This document shows positions 29,572-32,000 of a stretch of DNA of 32,000 bases, piece after piece. The position numbers were made by a program, and so were the translations under genes. Origin of the DNA: Wigglesworthia glossinidia endosymbiont of Glossina morsitans morsitans (Yale colony) (GTDB lineage Bacteria; Pseudomonadota; Gammaproteobacteria; Enterobacterales; Enterobacteriaceae); contig NC_016893.1 of NCBI RefSeq assembly GCF_000247565.1, forward strand, positions 450,001 to 482,000. The letters run 5' to 3'. Positions within the stretch are counted from its first letter, which is position 1; each line of letters starts with the position of its first letter. The notes under the pieces are model-generated. The model did not search any database and was not told the origin of the DNA. It was given only the letters and a program-made list of their open reading frames with translations.

Positions 29572-30738
29572 TTATGTAATATGCAAATTTTCCAGTGCTA
29601 ATAAGCTTGGTAAAGTTTGAGTTTCAATAAATTTTAATAATGCTCCTCCTCCAGTAGATACATATGAAAATAAATTTAAAATACCAAATTTATGAGCTGC
29701 TAATATTGTTTCTCCTCCTCCAATAATAGATAAAACATTTTTTTTTACAATATTTTGTGCTATTTTTTTAGTTCCTGAACATTGGTGATTAAATTCAAAA
29801 CATCCTAAAGATCCATTCCAAAAAATTGTTTTTGCTGTATTTAATATTTTAATAAATTCTTTACAAGAACGCTTTCCTATATCTACTATATAATCTTCAT
29901 TATCTATTTTTGAGATAGGTTTTTCAATTAAATTATAAAATTGATTATTTTTAATAATTTTTACATCTTTTGGCAATACAAGATTATCTTGAATTTTTAA
30001 AAGAAATTCTGCTTTTTTAATATAATTTAGTTCTTTTAAAGATTTTCCAATGCTATATCCTTGTGATAATAAAAACGTATTAGCAATTCCGCCTCCAATT
30101 ATAATTTTATCGGAAATCTTCGATAATTTTTTAATTACATTAAATTTAGTTGCGATTTTAGATCCTCCGAGAACTGTGACAACTGGACGTTCTGAATTTC
30201 TTAAAACTTTTTTGAGATATTTTATTTCTTTTTTAAAAAGTATCCCAATACAACTTTGAGGTGCAAATTTAATTATGCCATATGTAGATGATTCTAGTCG
30301 ATGTGAAGCTCCAAATGCATCCATAACAAATATATCACATAAGTTAGCGTATTTTTTTGACAATATTATGTCGTTATTTTTTTCGCCTTTATTAAAGCGT
30401 ACATTTTCTAATACTAAAAGTTCATCTCTTCGTGATTCAAAACCATTCAAGTAGTTTCTAACTAATCTTACCGGATAATGAATATATTTTTGTAATATTT
30501 TAACGATTGGTTGTAAAGAATATTTTTTATTATATTTTTCGTCTTTAGGTCTTCCAAGATGTGATACAACAATTACAGATTTGGCATGACTTTTTAAAGC
30601 AAAATCTATTGTCGCAATAGATTTTTGAATTCGTATATCACAAATAACCTTGTTGTTTTGAATTGGAACATTAAAATCAGTACGTATTAATATTGATTTA
30701 TTTTTTAAATAAAAATCAGTTATGCATGGAATTTTCAT
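29572..30738 (-). CDS. pgk: Phosphoglycerate kinase
   Basis: 388 aa. VLIRTDFNVPIQN, SHLGRP, LENVRFNKGEKNN, VLGGSKIATKF and IIGGGETILAA. Confidence 0.97.
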   Translation of the reverse strand: MKIPCITDFYLKNKSILIRTDFNVPIQNNKVICDIRIQKSIATIDFALKSHAKSVIVVSHLGRPKDEKYNKKYSLQPIVKILQKYIHYPVRLVRNYLNGFESRRDELLVLENVRFNKGEKNNDIILSKKYANLCDIFVMDAFGASHRLESSTYGIIKFAPQSCIGILFKKEIKYLKKVLRNSERPVVTVLGGSKIATKFNVIKKLSKISDKIIIGGGIANTFLLSQGYSIGKSLKELNYIKKAEFLLKIQDNLVLPKDVKIIKNNQFYNLIEKPISKIDNEDYIVDIGKRSCKEFIKILNTAKTIFWNGSLGCFEFNHQCSGTKKIAQNIVKKNVLSIIGGGETILAAHKFGILNLFSYVSTGGGALLKFIETQTLPSLLALENLHIT

Positions 30739-31159
30739 ACGAAATTGTAAATAATAATATTAGATATATATTAGAATATATCATTTTTAAAATTTAAATA
30801 CTTATAAAAAAATTTTAAAATATTTGTAGATTAAAATAAAGTTGAATTTTTCTTAAATTCGTTTAAAATTTAATAAATTTTAATTTTTAAAATATTTTTG
30901 ATCTATTAATTATATTTAGCAAACTAGAATTATTTATCGTATACAACTAATTATATCATAATATATAAATAAGAAACATCGATATAAATTTTAAAAAAAT
31001 TAATAAGATTTTTAATTTTTTATAAAGTTAAATAAAAATTTAGAAAAATCTAATTTAGATACATTATTATGAAACAAAGTTTTCAATAATATAAAAATTT
31101 TATTTTAACTATATCAATACATGATATAATATCATAATATTATTAAAAATGGATTTAAG

Positions 31160-31501
31160 ATGGATTATCAAGATAATATTCAAGAAATTAATGACAATGA
31201 TTTTAATATAGTAGTATTACAATCTAAAAGTCCTGTTTTAGTTGATTTTTGGGCAGAATGGTGTTCTCCATGTAAATCTATGATTCCTATTTTACAAGAT
31301 ATATCAAAGAAGTATGTTAAAAAATTAAAATTAGTCAAAATAAATATAGAGAAAAATGCAATTATTCAAGAAAAATATCTAATTCGAAGCATACCCACTT
31401 TACTATTGTTTTTTAATCAAAATTTATTAGGAACTAAAATTGGAGTATCTTCGCAAAAAGAATTAGAATTTTTTATTGATAGCTATTTAAAAAAATTGTA
31501 G
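31160..31501 (+). CDS. trxA: Thioredoxin 1 (active site CSPC)
   Basis: 113 aa. PVLVDFWAEWCSPCKSM...IRSIPTLLLF. Followed by rho, as in E. coli. Confidence 0.94.
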   Translation: MDYQDNIQEINDNDFNIVVLQSKSPVLVDFWAEWCSPCKSMIPILQDISKKYVKKLKLVKINIEKNAIIQEKYLIRSIPTLLLFFNQNLLGTKIGVSSQKELEFFIDSYLKKL

Positions 31502-31757
31502 TTTATTGATTTAAATATATAAAATAAAAACAAAGTAAAAATATTTTTTTTATTTAAATTTTTTATATAAACTTAAATTAAAAAAAAATACTGAAAATAT
31601 AATTAATATTATGTTTAAATTTATCAGTACGTAAGTTCATGTAAAAATAGTATAGTATAAAAAATTTTAATTTTTTCTAAAATTAGAATAAAAACTTTAT
31701 ATCAAGTGATTTAAAATATGATTATAAATCAATACCCGTCACCATCATTTCATGATT

Positions 31758-32000
31758 ATGAATCTTACCGAACTAAAAAATAAGCCGGTTTCAGACTTAG
31801 TTACTCTCGGCGAAAATATGGGATTAGAAAACCTTGCTCGCATGCGTAAACAAGATATTATTTTTGCTACCTTAAAACAACACGCTAAAAGTGGAGAAGA
31901 TATTTTTGGCGATGGCGTATTAGAAATATTACAAGATGGCTTTGGATTTTTACGATCAAGTGATAGCTCATATCTTGCCGGTCCAGATGATATTTATGTT
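31758..32000 (+). CDS. rho: Transcription termination factor Rho, N-terminal part (runs off the right edge)
   Basis: MNLTELKNKPVSDLVTLGENMGLENLARMRKQDIIFATLKQHAKSGEDIFGDGVLEILQDGFGFLRSSDSSYLAGPDDIYV, almost identical to E. coli Rho. Absent from the ORF track because it is incomplete. Confidence 0.98.
   Translation, partial: MNLTELKNKPVSDLVTLGENMGLENLARMRKQDIIFATLKQHAKSGEDIFGDGVLEILQDGFGFLRSSDSSYLAGPDDIYV

Noticed and set aside
1-32000. Search for mobile elements, CRISPR arrays, toxin-antitoxin, phage, secretion or biosynthetic clusters
   Set aside because: No direct repeat array, transposase, integrase, toxin or defence motif was seen on either strand. Essentially every sizeable ORF is a housekeeping homologue in largely enterobacterial synteny, so I do not claim a new multi-gene system here.

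Overview
This window is an AT-rich, gene-dense segment of a reduced gammaproteobacterial (Enterobacterales-type) genome. It most resembles an obligate insect endosymbiont. Retention of flgM, thiD, folE, pdxB, nadC and purC/purF together suggests a B-vitamin-provisioning, Wigglesworthia-like lineage, but that is inference and not established here. Recognisable genes in order are: purC (3' part), murA, ibaG, kdsD, lptB (frameshifted at a 12-nt homopolymer), lptA, lptC, flgM, nadC, aceE, aceF, lpd, thyA, lgt, thiD, folE, metK, pgsA, tRNA-Gly/Cys/Leu, ubiX, purF, cvpA, folC, accD, truA, pdxB, nlpD (apparently frameshifted and N-terminally eroded), surE, fbaA, pgk, trxA and rho (5' part). I found no mobile elements, CRISPR arrays, toxin/defence loci or clearly novel multi-gene system. 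The strongest observations are: lptB interrupted exactly at an A12 tract although every conserved residue continues in the -1 frame (candidate rescue by polymerase slippage); a second, similar break in nlpD; an isolated anti-sigma-28 gene; an E2p subunit with one normal and one degenerate lipoyl domain; a CSPC-type thioredoxin active site; and three tRNAs without encoded CCA.
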